A stretch of 64,000 bases of DNA from Octopus sinensis (GCF_006345805.1 NC_043026.1:4464001-4528000), one strand, 5' to 3'. Counted from the first letter of the stretch, positions 13,881 through 27,471 are shown. Notes: a model not told the origin generated them from the letters alone. Program-made: numbers and translations.

Positions 13881-13932
<52 letters not shown>
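13270..13932. repeat. (TA)n tract with an interspersed repeated ~30-bp motif
   Basis: ataattgtcacatttacatttacagata occurs at ~13466, ~13612 and ~13777. Confidence 0.9.
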
Positions 13933-13934
<2 letters not shown>

Positions 13935-14715
13935 GAGTAATGACTGCAAAATCTAAAGCTCTTCAGGTGACGCCTCTTCTTCATGTGTTTCAGGGAATGT
14001 CGCATCTTTGTGCAAAGCGTCCTTGACAGGCTTGAGGAACATTATGACGGGAAGTTGTTGTCATAGTTTCTTCATGGTGGTGAGGAGAGTTTTATATGTT
14101 TGCGTGGCAGCATCGATGGCATCTTTAAATTGGAGAGACCGAACCGTATAGGGATTCCATGCTTCCGCCTTATCTTGCAATTCCTTTACTGTCCTTAAAA
14201 GGCCGGTTAGACGTTCGATTCTCAGGAACACCACCTCCTCCTCCTCTTCCTCTGGATCTGGTGCTTCGCTGGCAGACTTAGTTAATTCCAACAAATCTTC
14301 GTCTGTCAGCGTTTCAGAGTGGGCATCGATGAGATTGTTGACCTCATCTTGCGGGATGTCATCAAAACATTCACCTCCAAGTACCTTTGCCAGTTTGGCC
14401 GCATTGTTGACAGCCTCGTGCTGAATATCTTCAGGTGAGAAGTCCGCGTAGTCCTGGACACACTCTGTCCACACCTTCTTCTAGCATGCGATGTGGGTTT
14501 CTTTTTTCATGTCTTTAAAAGCAGCATGTATGACTGACAAGTACGTTGCGATCGGGAAGTTACGCCAGTACTCCTTCAAATTGAAATTCTCGTCCGAATC
14601 TATTGCGTCCACAACGTGTTGGAGGGAGTTCCGAGTATAAAGTGCTTTGAAGGAACGGATCACGCCTTGATCCATAGGCTGGATGGGGATGGGGTGTTAG
14701 CAAGGAGCATCCAGT
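13935..14715 (-). mobile_element. Tigger/pogo transposase C-terminal remnant (TIGD1-like)
   Basis: QPMDQGVIRSFKALY ... C*KKVWTECVQD ... GGECFDDI ... LIDAHSETLTDEDLLEL. Confidence 0.9.
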
Positions 14716-14719
14716 GAAC

Positions 14720-15839
14720 AGGCTGGTAGAAACGTTAGCACGCCGGGCGAAATGCTTAGCGGTATTTCGTCTGTCGCTACGTTCTGAGTTCAAATTCCGC
14801 CGAGGTCGACTTTGCCTTTCATCCTTTCGGGATCGATTAAATAAGTACCAGTTACGCACTGGGGTCGATATTATCGACTTAATCCGTTTGTCTGTCCTCG
14901 TTTGTCCCCTCTGTGTTTAGCCCCTTCTGGGTAGTAAAGAAATAGGTATTTCGTCTGCCGCTACGTTCTGAGTTCAAATTCCGCTGAGGTCGACTTTGCC
15001 TTTCATCCTTTCGGGGTCGATTAAATAAGTACCAGTTACGCACTGGGGTCGATATTATCGACTTAATCCGTTTGTCTGTCCTCGTTTGTGCCCTCTGTGT
15101 TTAGCCCCTTCTGGGTAGTAAAGAAATAGGTATTTCGTCTGCCGTTACGTTCTGAGTTCGAATTCCGCCGAGGTCGACTTTGCCTTTCATCCTTTCGGGA
15201 TCGATTAAATAAGTACCAGTTACGCACTGGGGTCGATATTATCGACTTAATCCGTTTGTCTGTCCTCGTTTGTCCCCTCTGTGTTTAGCCCCATCTGGGT
15301 AGTAAAGAAATAGTATTTCGTCTGCCGCTACGTTCTGAGTTCAAATTCCGCGGAGGTCGACTTTGCCTTTCATCCTTTCGGTGTCGATTAATAGTACCAG
15401 TTACGCACTGGGGTCGATATTATCGACTTAATCCGTTTGTCTGTCCTCGTTTGTGCCCTCTGTGTTTAGCCCCTTCTGGGTAGTAAAGAAATAGGTATTT
15501 CGTCTGCCGTTACGTTCTGAGTTCGAATTCCGCCGAGGTCGACTTTGCCTTTCATCCTTTCGGGATCGATTAAATAAGTACCAGTTACGCACTGGGGTCG
15601 ATATTATCGACTTAATCCATTTGTCTGTCCTCGTTTGTCCCCTCTGTGTTTAGCCCCATCTGGGTAGTAAAGAAATAGGTATTTCGTCTGCCGCTACGTT
15701 CTGAGTTCAAATTCCGCTGAGGTCGACTTTGCCTTTCACCTTTCGGGGTCGATTAATAAGTACCAGTTACGCACTGGGGTCGATATTATCGACTTAATCC
15801 GTTTGTCTGTCCTCGTTTGTGCCCTCTGTGTTTAGCCCC
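14720..15839 (+). repeat. SINE family B head followed by six tandem 182-184-bp body units, running into the gap
   Basis: Head is ggctggtagaaacgttagcacgccgggcg. Units starting gtatttcgtctg begin at 14762, 14946, 15130, 15313, 15495 and 15679. Confidence 0.92.
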
Positions 15840-15939
15840 NNNNNNNNNNNNNNNNNNNNNNNNNNNNNNNNNNNNNNNNNNNNNNNNNNNNNNNNNNNNN
15901 NNNNNNNNNNNNNNNNNNNNNNNNNNNNNNNNNNNNNNN
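15840..15939. other. Assembly gap (100 N)
   Basis: Run of N. Confidence 1.
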
Positions 15940-16107
15940 CAAGCAATCTTCTTACCACCACACAGCCATGCCTGTGCCTATAATGGCACATGATTTAAGA
16001 GAAACTATGCCCTGCGGGTCAATTAGACATCCAACAGCTTTCTGTTTTGAGCTGGGTTGATTAGATTGTAAATTTGCAAGGGGTGGGGGTGCCGGATAGG
16101 TTCTATA

Positions 16108-16470
16108 TTCTTTTATTCTTTTACTTGTTTCAGTCATTTGACTGTGGCCATGCTGGAGCACCACCGTGAAGAGATTTAGCTGAACAAATCGACCCCCAAG
16201 ACTTCTTTTTCAAGCCTAGTACTTATCCTATTGGTCTCTTTTGCCAAACACCGCTATGTTATGGGGATGTAAACAGACTAACACCAGTTGTCAAGCTGTG
16301 ATTGTGGAGGAAAAACACAAATACTCACATATATATGAGAGGCTTCTTTCAGTTTCCGTCTACCAAATCCACTCACAAGGCTTTGGTTAGCCCGGAGCTA
16401 TGTCAGAAGACACTTGCCCAAGGTGCCACGCAGTGGGACTGAACCCGGAACCATGTGGTTGGGAAGCAAG
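16108..16470 (-). mobile_element. SINE family A copy
   Basis: Family head and tail motifs in reverse complement. Confidence 0.85.
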
Positions 16471-16699
16471 CAGGCCTGACCATATTCTTAAGAGACAGGT
16501 GAACCTATCCTTTTATATACTCTGGACCCCTTATACCAGTATCCCAGCCTGAATGCTTGCAATATAGTAAACTCCACAAAAAGCACCTGAGGACCAGGTG
16601 ATTCTGATAAAGCAGACAAGACATACAACCCCAAGGCCCAGCCCTTGTTGATGCTTTAGCCTTGATTGCCTAAATCATCCTGAGAGCTATGATTGAAGC

Positions 16700-17430
16700 A
16701 CAGGCGCTTGGTAGGTCCTCCTTGTCTTGTAACAGCACTTACTCAGGAAGGGTTAAGCTGGCTGCTATTGTGTTCAATGCGTCACAGGTCCAGCTGGTTC
16801 ACACGTCTTTCGGCAGCTGTGTTGAAGCCATTCCTGGTTCCAACAAAGAATGCCAAAAACTTGAGGGCTGGAATTGAGCCCTATATCTGCTTTGACTGTT
16901 GTGAGCCATGTCTTCAGCTGACCACCTCTCTGCTTATGCCAATCCAGAGGAGGATCTGGTGCTATCACCTTCTGGACAAGTTTGTCATGGGGGCACCACA
17001 ATGTGTGACTGAATCACCATAGCCTCCTCATCAGAAGAGTCCCCTCAAGAGGCGAGAGATTGCAGCGAGGATGAAGTTGTTGGTTCAAAAGCAGTCAGAT
17101 ATATTCAGTCGGAGAAGACAACAAATACAGAATGATTGAAGACCTCCAGCTTCTGGAGATCAGCAACAACGCATTGTCCAGGTCCGACAACCGTAGAGGA
17201 GAACCATTTGGACGAGTGTCAGGTAAATATGGCATTTTGTCACGAGGCGGGTTTCCTGGCGCAACCCCAAGCACTTATGGAGGCAGCAGAAGGCCAACTG
17301 CATGCGATTGATCTGAATGGAGATCTTGTCCTTAGATCCTCCCATGCTGGAAAGGTCAAAGGGTAGAGACCAGATTAATAGGGACCTTCTCTTCTCAAAA
17401 ATAAAAACAGATCTACATAGGGTCAACAGC
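16700..17430 (-). mobile_element. RTE-like LINE, decayed 3' ORF2 fragment
   Basis: RLVTKCHIYLTLVQMVLLYGCRTWT and RGGQLKTWLTTVKAD are RTE post-RT motifs. Confidence 0.7.
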
Positions 17431-17511
17431 CCTACTTAGATAAGGTAAAATCACAGAAACATCAATGACAATTCCAAACCAACAAGACCTGGCAGAAGAA
17501 ACAGAAAGAAA

Positions 17512-17650
17512 CCCTTTAGCATTTAAACTGGCCATAGCCAACCAAAATATTCTGCCTCTCTCATGTTCAAACTAGCCAGATCTGGCTTCTCACACCAACC
17601 CTACAATATCATTATCAAAATCTCACAGCTACAAGATAATTCATGACTAT
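17512..17650 (+). mobile_element. piggyBac-type MITE family C, partial (related copies at ~18760-18942, ~30868-31090 reverse, ~31130-31325, ~37075-37261)
   Basis: Shares the core aaactggccagatctggcctctcacaccaaccctacaatgtc and ends ccctttagcatt / aatgctaaaggg with the complete copy at 37891-38109. Confidence 0.7.
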
Positions 17651-18634
17651 GTGGAAGGCCTTTGCTCCATAGGAAGCAAAGGGCTTAAGTAAGACAACCA
17701 TGAGTCTACCAATGATTGGGACAACTACCACAAGGTACTTCCTCTAATGCTCTAACAATTCTACTAATCCATTACCCCGGATCGGCACTTTTTTCCTTAA
17801 TTCCAGAAGAAAGCAAAGCTGGCCTTGGTAGGATTTGAACTCAGTGCAGAGAGCTGAATTAGAAACTGTGAGAGGGTTTGTCCTGCACTGAGACAACTCT
17901 GCCAATTCACCAGTTCTGAGCGGAGGGGGGGGATATGTGAGGTTATGCATGGCATATTTTGGTGACAAGATGAATTCTGTCCCAGTGAGATCTGGATTAC
18001 GTACCTGGATGGATTTGAGACTGGGTAGAGAAGAGAGGGCTGTGTGTTGGTGTGTTTAAATGGCCAAGGAAAGATGGATAATATATGTTGCTGTAGATGA
18101 GGCTGGAGTGGAGAGTATAAGGCCTGCTGTGTGTTTAAATGGAGAGGGAAAAGTGGGATGTATGCGGGATTAGGGTAGGAAGAGAGAGAGAGAGAGAGAG
18201 AGAGAAACGGGAAGAGGTTGGGTAGAAAGGTGGGATAGAGTGGGTAGGGTAAAGAGAGGAGGGCTCCGTGTGTTAAGGAGTTTGAAGGGGCAGGGGAAAG
18301 AGGAGTTACAGGGCTCAGTTAAGAGGAAGAGTTGAATTTTTTTTTTGTTTTTGGTTATATATAGACGTTACCTCGCCCTCATTGATACACCCGCTAGTGG
18401 ACTTCGCCAGAAAACACAGCCCCACACTGCTGCTGCTGCTGCCACTACCACTGTTGCTGCTGCTGCTGGAATTGACGTGGGTCTTGGAGCAGCTGACCGA
18501 TTCTGTGGACAGCTAGAGATGTGTTGTGCAGACGACGAAGGAGGATGACGATGACGACGACAATTACGACGACAACACACAAAAGGAAGGAAGGTGAAAA
18601 AAAATTAAAATAAAATAAATGTATATATGTATAC

Positions 18635-18668
<34 letters not shown>

Positions 18669-19080
18669 CAAAAGTGACACTGCCAAAACAATAAAAAAAA
18701 AAAAGAGGTAGGGAAACAAAAAAAAAATATTGATGTTGCTGTCTTGTCCTTTTTGTCTTTGACCCTTTAAGTATCAAAACTGGCCAGATCTGGCCTCTCA
18801 CACCAACCCTACAATGTCACTTTAAAAATAAACAATCACATCATCAAAATCTCGAAGCTACGAGATAATGCATCACAATTGAAAACAAGGTGAATATAAT
18901 AAGAATAACATTTAATTGAGAAATCTGAATGCTAAACGATTAATATAAAAAATGTGTGAAGATAAGGAAGAGCATTTGTTTGAAAGATGTTGTACGAAGG
19001 ACAACTGTTTCCAGGTTAAATCTCTTTTTTCATTAAAGATCTTTTAGATTACCTCATTAGCCTTTCATGATTGTCTAGAG

Positions 19081-19382
19081 CAGAGGTTCTCGACCATTTT
19101 TTTTATCTTTGGATCCTTTTGGTTACTATTTTATTCTGGCGGACCCCTATAACCATTTGATGTTTAAAAACTAGTTTTATAGAAACTGGTTTCAAAACCC
19201 CTATTTTGTTTTCCACACATTAACTTGTGTAGGTTGAATTATGAAAAAAGTTGGAGAAAGAAACCTTGCCGTTTCTTACAGTACATACTAATATATACAT
19301 CTAAAGCAAAATGTTTTCAGGGGCCCTTAAAATACTATTGTAGATCCCCAAATCTTCTATGGACCCCAGTTGAGAACCACTG
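19081..19382. mobile_element. hAT (Charlie-like) MITE
   Basis: Ends cagaggttctc ... gagaaccactg. Flanks gtctagag and gtctaaaa match at 6 of 8 positions, fitting an NTCTAGAN-type target. Confidence 0.75.
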
Positions 19383-20129
19383 GTCTAAAACAAAGACATT
19401 CCTCAATGGATTAATATTTCAAGACCCTGTCAGCTTCAGCATCAGGGATGAAATTATAGCTGTGATGTGCTGCTGTCTCATGGTTGCCAGCAGTGACGGA
19501 TCCGGGGAATAATCTAACTGAAATCTTCATTTAAAATTGCTTAACAACTGCCTCCTGGTACTTCTGCTGAGGATTTCAGACGTGGTGTAGCGCTATGTTA
19601 ATTTGGGGTTTATATTTTATTCTTAATAAAACTGCCACAGCTAAAGTACGTGTGCAGGTGAGACGAGCATATGAAACAAATACTTGAGTGGGTTTTATGA
19701 GAAAGTATACCCAAGTGCAGAGATGGCTGTGCGGGTGTGGGAGATGCAGGCAGAGCTGTGTGAAGAGAGAGGTGCAAGCATGGGTTTGAGGCTACAGGGT
19801 TCACTTCACTACCATGTGGCCTCATATTCTAACTCACAACACAGCACCGAGAGCAAAATAATGTCTCATATTGTAACTTCAGGCTAACCAATGCCTTGTT
19901 TCAGAATTTTGGAAAAGGAAAGTGTAATACATGAGGGTGAGGGCCCATCATATATTGCTTTTGCAGGTTTCAGCCAAAGGCTGTGGCTATGATGGGATAC
20001 GACTACATAATATGTCATACATGTATGTATATTCTTGTAATTGTCATTTTAGTAAATAAATAAATAAATTGACATAATATAATGTCTAAAAGTTGATGAA
20101 TGCCGCCTCTTCATCCCCTCCATTACTAC

Positions 20130-20563
20130 ATAACCACTCCTATGCCTATGATACACACATATATAAACATACATCTATATATATATACATACATATGTAC
20201 ATACATACATATACATACATATGTATATATACATACATATGTATATATATACATACATACATATGTATATATATATATACGTATGTATATACATACATAT
20301 GTATATACATACATACATATGTATATACATACATACATATGTACATACATACATATACATACATATGTATATATACATACATATGTATATATATACATAC
20401 ATACATATGTATATATATATATACATACGTATGTATATACATACATACATACATACATACATATGTATATATTTACATATATACATGATGAAGATGATGA
20501 TGGCCATCCACTCGTGACCGAGGAAGACCATTGCCGACCTTCAGGAACATTATATATACATAC

Positions 20564-20598
<35 letters not shown>

Positions 20599-21388
20599 TT
20601 CAAAATGTAACTGTGTGTGTGTACCGTTGGCGATTTTTTTTTGCTTCGTTTTCCCTTTGGATTTTTCCCTTTCCTATGTTTCCGACGAAGAGCTCCGCTC
20701 GAAACGTTGAGACCTCCTTCTTTCCTGAGCGTGCAATAATACTATACTTGTTCCACGGCCTCACATTGTTGTGTTTTCTCTTTGTGTTTTCATGTTTGGA
20801 AAAACTTTATATATACATTTATATATATATGTACATACATATATATACATACATACATATATATACATTCATATATATACATACATACATATATATACAT
20901 ATATATATACATAATATATATATATACATACATATATATATATACATACATATATACATACATATATATATACATATATATATACATACATATATACATA
21001 CATATATACATACATATATATATATAATATATATATATATACATGCATATATACACATACATATATATACATTCATATATATATATGCATATATATATAC
21101 ATGCATATATATATGCATGTATATATATACATGCATATATATATGCATGTATATATATGCATGTATATATATATACATGCATATATATATACATGAATAT
21201 ATATATACATGAATATATATACACATGAATATATATATATACATGCATATATATATATATATGTATATATATATACATATATATATACATGTATATATAT
21301 ATATAGATACATATATATATATATGCATATATATATACATATGTATATACATACATATATATATGCATATACATATATATATAGATAC

Positions 21389-21419
<31 letters not shown>

Positions 21420-21445
21420 GTAGATATATATATATATATAGTATT
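20130..21445. repeat. Large compound (TACA)n/(TA)n/(TGCATA)n microsatellite with a short embedded repeat fragment at ~20600-20810
   Basis: Read directly from the sequence. Confidence 0.95.
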
Positions 21446-21984
21446 GGTCAGTTAGCAACTGAACTTCACAACCTCAAATGTTCCTAAGATTTATATCTAC
21501 ATCTTTATCTGTATATTTACCTTCTCTAAAATGTTACTAATTGATTTCAAAGCTTTTGTATTATTGGAAAACCTATATAAATTGGCTGAAGAGCACTCAG
21601 AATCTTAAATCTGCTGTAATATTTACAGCTTTTAATAAAATGTTGTAGTATGAAACAATTGTACCAAATCACCAGAGTCATTCTTGTTGCTTATTTTTGT
21701 ATATACATACATATATATATATATATATACATACATACATATATATGCACATAAATATGCATACATATACACATTCACACACACACATATACATATATAT
21801 ATACATATACATACATACAAACATGCACACATATATGTATGTATGTGTGTGTGTGTATATATATATATGTGTGTATATATGTGTGTGTGTGTGTGTGAAT
21901 GTGTATATGTATATATATAAAATCCTTAAAAATGTTTCAGCCTGAAGGCTGTGGCCATGCTGGGGTAGCACCGCTGAATGAGCT

Positions 21985-22347
21985 ACACTAATATGTGAAT
22001 CCACCTCTGATACGTGGCACTTGGTCAACAAGGGAGTTCGATGCCGCTGCCCGCCTCTGTGCCTCCTGTCGTGAGGTAGGTTCATCTGGGACCCCCGACA
22101 AGAAGAGATCCAGTTTCATTTTAAAGAAATCCACATCCACACCATGCAAGTCTCTCAGGCATTTAGGGAGGATGTTAAAGGGCTGTGGTCCTCTGAAACC
22201 CAAGCTGTTGCAGTATCTGGTCCTGTATTTTGATGGTGATGTTGGAATCTTTGGTACCATGCAGTGGCGCCCCGTTCTGCGGTTGGGGTAACTTTGAATG
22301 CCAAAGTTTGGGACAAGACTCTCCAGGATTTTCCAGATGTATATCAC
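21985..22347 (-). mobile_element. CR1-group LINE, 3' end of ORF2
   Basis: NSLGFRGPQPFNILPKCLRDL...FKMKLDLFLSGVPDEP...AASNSLVDQ; the same family as 55548-55871. Confidence 0.85.
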
Positions 22348-22431
22348 AGATGTATATGACTGGTAGCTGAAACTAGTCTAATCCGGTGATCGCAGAGTCA
22401 ATCATGGCACAGTAAATACCCTATGTCAGTA

Positions 22432-22465
<34 letters not shown>

Positions 22466-22567
22466 AATATACATATATATTGTGCATTTCGTACATTAAG
22501 GATTTTAACTATTATTTCTTGCAATATATGTGCTTTGGCACCCTCAGCCACAATTAGTGACAATTAA

Positions 22568-22599
<32 letters not shown>

Positions 22600-22611
22600 T
22601 ATATATAAAGG

Positions 22612-22975
22612 CGTAGGCATGGCTGGGTGATAAAATGCTTGCTTCCTAAGCACATGACTCTGGGTTCAGTCCGAATGCATGGAACCTTCGGCAAGTGTCT
22701 TCTACTATAGCCACGGGTCAACCAAAGCCTTGTGAGTAGATTTGGTAGATGGAAACTGAAAGAAGCCCATTGTATTAGTATCTGTGTTTCTCTCCATCAC
22801 TTTACAACTGATGTGAGTGTGTTTATATCCTTGTAACTTAGCAGTTTGGCAAAAGACACCAATAGAATAAGTACTGGGCTATAAAAAAAAGTCCTGGAGT
22901 TGAATTGCTTGACAAAAACACTCTAAGGCGGTGCTCCAACATGGCCACAGTCAAATGACTGAAACAAATAGAAGA
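22612..22975 (+). mobile_element. SINE family A copy (diverged)
   Basis: Family motifs present. Confidence 0.8.
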
Positions 22976-25084
22976 ACACACACACATATGAATGTATATA
23001 TATGTATATATATATATATATATATATGTATTTTCAGCTGATGAGTACGAGCCACCTATATTTACTGCAATTTTTGTAGCTTTATTAAAGATGTCCTCGT
23101 ACGAAACAATTGTACCGATATATTGATCCATTCTTGTTGCTTCTTTCCTATTTGTAATCACCCCACTTTGTTGTATGGTTAACACCATATAGATTTTCGG
23201 TGCATCCAAGTTAAGGACCATATTCATGTGAATTCATTAGAACTCACTTGAATCTCAATTGCTTAAAACGTACATATATATATACATAGATTTATGAATT
23301 TGGGGCTGGAACTTGTAAACCATGTGGGTCTGAAGCAATCATCCAAATGATGCCTCTGTATTTGCAGACCTTTTTGAATGTGAAAGTATCAACTGTTGAA
23401 TAATTTTAAATCCGATAACGATGATTGTCTGAATTACATCAGCCCCCACAATTCTCTCTTGCCAACTAAAGATGATATGCGGCAACAACATTCTGCTAGC
23501 ATCGTCTTCAGTAGTGGACCAGTTATAATGTGTGTGTGTGTGTGTGTGTTTTTAATTGTTGAATTTATGAATGGTTATCGATTAATAAAATATATCAGAC
23601 TCACTCAGAAAGCCTATCACTGATGAAATGTCAAAGTTACTGTCAACCTGTTCCTTGTGAACATAAGTTACCATTATACTGTTTCCATCGACCAAATTCA
23701 ACTCAAAAAGCTTTTGAACTTGAGGCCAGACTGCAAAACACTTGCCTGAGATGGTGTACAGTGGGACTGAACCTTGAACCACTTTGCTACAAAGTTAACT
23801 AAGCCACCCAACCATCTCTGCATACACACACACACCCTCTCAGCCACTATCATCAGGTTTCTTGCTACTTGAGTCACATTCAATGAAACAGGCACCTGAA
23901 CCAGATTCCCTTCGTGGAGGACTTGCTGTTGTTGAAGTTTCAGCATCAATCTTATGAGATAGGAACAACCACAAAAACTCAAGGGCTCTACCCCTATTGC
24001 CCTGACTAATTCAGAAACAGAAGATGTCCGTGACACATGTAAAGCAGTAGACCTAACTCACTGGCTTCTTCTCCTTCAGGGCACTAAACAGAGTTTACTC
24101 TGTTGCAAGTATTCAGGCTTCCCTTTGAACTCCACAAAGGCCTTTCCAGTTACACATCCTAGTGGTGTGGCCTGCAAACCTCCCAAACTCTGTTCTATGA
24201 CTATTTCAAATATACAAGTAAATTAAATTGAAAGTCACAAACCATGTAAGCAAATAGTTTAGTGTATGAAGCAGAATTATAAGCTTAAAGCATGTTTTAG
24301 TTCTGGTGTTAGAATCACAGTTGGGCTTCTTTGGTTATTTTGCTCAGCTATTATTAAACTTTGTATATTATGTACGATATTCTGGTGGTTGGTCCAGGCG
24401 TAAAACATAAGTTTTATTTTTTGATCAGTTATAGAATACTGAGGTTATTTTATCCCCTTTTCTTGACCTGCTTTTGCCACTGGACTGAGGATTGTCATAG
24501 ATGAGAGGAGAGTGAGGGGGGGGGCAGTGTGCAGCTCCTCTTTGCATCAAAACTAAGGGGCTGCAAAGTCATTGGTTATTCTTAAGGATTACTAAAGGTT
24601 CTTCGTTGTTCGAACAGATGAATCTGGGTTATTTAGTCATAATGTAGAATAATGTTGAAGTTATTTACTTCAGCTTTAGGGGTTGCATTGAGCTATTTAG
24701 TGCTGCTGGCTGCAGAATAAAAATGAGGTTCCAAGCCTTAAGTTTAAATTGAATCCCAATTAAATTGTAATTTAATAATGAGCTTGGCTCACACATTTCA
24801 CTAAAGTGAGGAGAGTGGCATAATGGTTCATCCAACCATCTTATCTGCCTGGGAGGGTCATTGGAGCATCTGCTCAGAAGGGTTCTATCAGAAGCAACTA
24901 TCATCACACTTTCCTGCTGGATTCCCAGGAATGGCCAACTGAAGACAAAAACAGGTGAGGGAACAACAAGCAGGTGTATACACTAATGCATAATCCAGTA
25001 CAAACTGTTGCATGCAGTGTCATTAACAACTAACCCGACAACCCCAACGAGTTTGTTTGGTGTCGATGATTTTGGACCCCTGAC

Positions 25085-25358
25085 ACGAACGTGGCCGATG
25101 CCAGCGCCGCCTCGACTGGCTTCTGTGCCGGTGGCACGTTAAAAGCACCAACCGATCGTGGCCGATGCCAGCCTCCCCTGGCACATAAAAAGCGCCCACT
25201 ACACTCGCGGAGTGGTTGGCATTAGGATGGGCATCCAGCCGTAGAAACACTGCCAGATCAGACAGGAGCCTGGTGCAGCCCCTGGCTTCCCAGACCCCGG
25301 TCGAACCATCCAACCCGTGCTAGCGCAGAAAACGGACGTTAAACGACGATGATGAAGA
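25085..25358 (+). mobile_element. RTE 3'-end fragment (similar short copies at ~36600-36740 +, ~42085-42270 +, ~43065-43290 -, ~50445-50604 +, ~52165-52315 +, ~52415-52580 +)
   Basis: Ends gcatccagccgtagaaacactgccagatcagac...cggacgttaaacg(atg)n, as in the RTE copy at 44120-46095. Confidence 0.8.
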
Positions 25359-25432
25359 TGACTTTGGACCCCTGACAGGATGAAATAATGGCACCTGTCA
25401 AAGGGCCTGTGGACGCATGGACTGTGGTATGC

Positions 25433-25815
25433 TCTCTTTTACTTTTACTTGTTTCAGTCATTTGACTGCGGCCATGCTGGAGCACCGCCTTTGGTCGAGC
25501 AAATCGACCCCGGGACTTATTCTTTGTAAGCCCAGTGCTTATTCTATCGGTCTCTTTTGCCGAACCGCTAAGTGACGGGGACGTAAACACACCAGCATCG
25601 GTTGTCAAGCAATGCTAGGGGGACAAACACAGACACATATATATATATATACATATATACGACAGGCTTCTTTCAGTTTCCGTCTACCAAATCCACTCAC
25701 AAGGCATTGGTCGGCCCAGGGCTATAGCAGAAGACACTTGCCCAAGATGCCACGCTGTGGGACTGAACCCGGAACCATGTGGTTGGTTAGCAAGCTACTT
25801 ACCACACAGCCACTC
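25433..25815 (-). mobile_element. SINE family A copy
   Basis: Near full length, with family motifs. Confidence 0.9.
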
Positions 25816-26055
25816 CATTTCATTTCAATGAGACACAAAAGAAACCAGTAACACTCCTCTCCATTGCTGTGAAGTTGATAGCAGCAGCTTAACGGGGGAC
25901 GAATAGTGCAGCAAGTTAAATGATAGTCAGTCCCCTGCATTCTTATATAAGCTCAGTTTTCTTGCCTTTATCTTCTCTCTGAGCATATCGTATAACCACC
26001 AGATACAGGGAATCAGATGGATACAAAGATATTACAGGTTTAAAAAACAGAAACA

Positions 26056-26452
26056 TAGGCGCAGGAGTGGCTGTGTGGTAAGTAGCTTGCTTACCAACCA
26101 CATGGTTCCGGCTTCAGTCCCACTGCGTGGTACCTTGGGCAAGTGTCTTCTACTATAGCCCCGGGCCGACCAAAGCCTTGTGAATGGATTTGGTAGACGG
26201 AAACTGAAAGAAGCCCGTCATATATATGTATATATATATGTGTGTGCGTGTATGTTTGTGTCTGTCCCCCCAACATCACTTGACAACCGATGCTGGTGTG
26301 TTTACGTCCCTGTCACTTAGCGGTTCGGCAAAAGTGACCGATAGAATAAGTACTGGGCTTACAAAGAATAAGTCCCGGGGTCGATTTGCTCGACTAAACG
26401 CGGTGCTCCAGCATGGCCGCAGTCAAATGACTGAAACAAGTAAAAGAGTAAA
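26056..26452 (+). mobile_element. SINE family A copy (full length)
   Basis: Runs from aggcgcaggagtggctgtgtgg to gactgaaacaagtaaaagagtaaaa. Confidence 0.9.
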
Positions 26453-26516
26453 AACGTATTGGGATAGTCTAACATCTGATCATCAAATTAAGAAAAATGT
26501 TTATATATAGAAGTAA

Positions 26517-26830
26517 AGGCATGTGGCTGGTGGTTATGGTATACAGATCACAACTCTAAGGACATGAGTTCGATTCCCAACGGCATGCTGTGTCCTTGAA
26601 CAAGACACTTCATTTTACATTGCTCCAGTCTATTCAGGTGGCAAAAATGAGACGTACCTGTATTTCAGAGGCCAACCTTGTCACGTTCTGTATTGCGCTG
26701 AATCTTCCTGAGAACTACGTTGAAGGTACCCGTGTCTGTGGAGTACTCAGCCACATGTGTGTTAATTTCACGAGCAAGCTGTTCCTACAATTGGATCAAA
26801 CGGAACCTTCATCGTGATAAGCGACGGAGT
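26517..26830 (+). mobile_element. tRNA-derived SINE family D (second copy at ~50152-50435)
   Basis: B-box-like gagttcgattccc, then gtgtccttgaacaagacact and a body shared with the 50.2-kb copy. Confidence 0.7.
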
Positions 26831-27064
26831 GCCAGATATATATTATAGGCGCATGGGCCTAGTGGCAAGCTCATGGTCCTAAAATTGTGGGTTTGGTTGG
26901 ACCAGGGTGAAATGGGGTTTATCCGGTGGAGCTCCATTCTACTTGGCTGAAACTGAACAGGGGCCTCTCCCACTTCAGTTGCCACATCCTTGATCATATG
27001 CTGAGACAAGGAGGAAAGCAAATATGTGTCTACGGTTATTTTATATATACAAATATATATATAT

Positions 27065-27427
27065 ATTCTTTCATTTGTTTCAGCCATTTGGTTGTGGCCA
27101 TGCTGGAGCGCTGCCTTTAGTAATAAAAATCGACCCCAGGACTTTTTCTTTGTAAGCCTAGTACTTATTCTATCGTTCTCTGTTGCCAAACCACTAAGTT
27201 ACTGGGATGTAAACAAACCAACATACATTGTCAAGCGATGGTAGGGGACAAACACAGACGTATAGATTATATACATATATACATATACATATATATATAC
27301 ATATATATATACATATATACATACATATATACATACATATATATATACATATATACATACATATATATATACATATATACATACATATATACATATATAT
27401 AATACATATATACATACATATATATAC

Positions 27428-27471
<44 letters not shown>

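Noticed and set aside
14762-15839. CRISPR-like regular array
   Set aside because: The units are contiguous SINE bodies with no unique spacers, and the context is eukaryotic.
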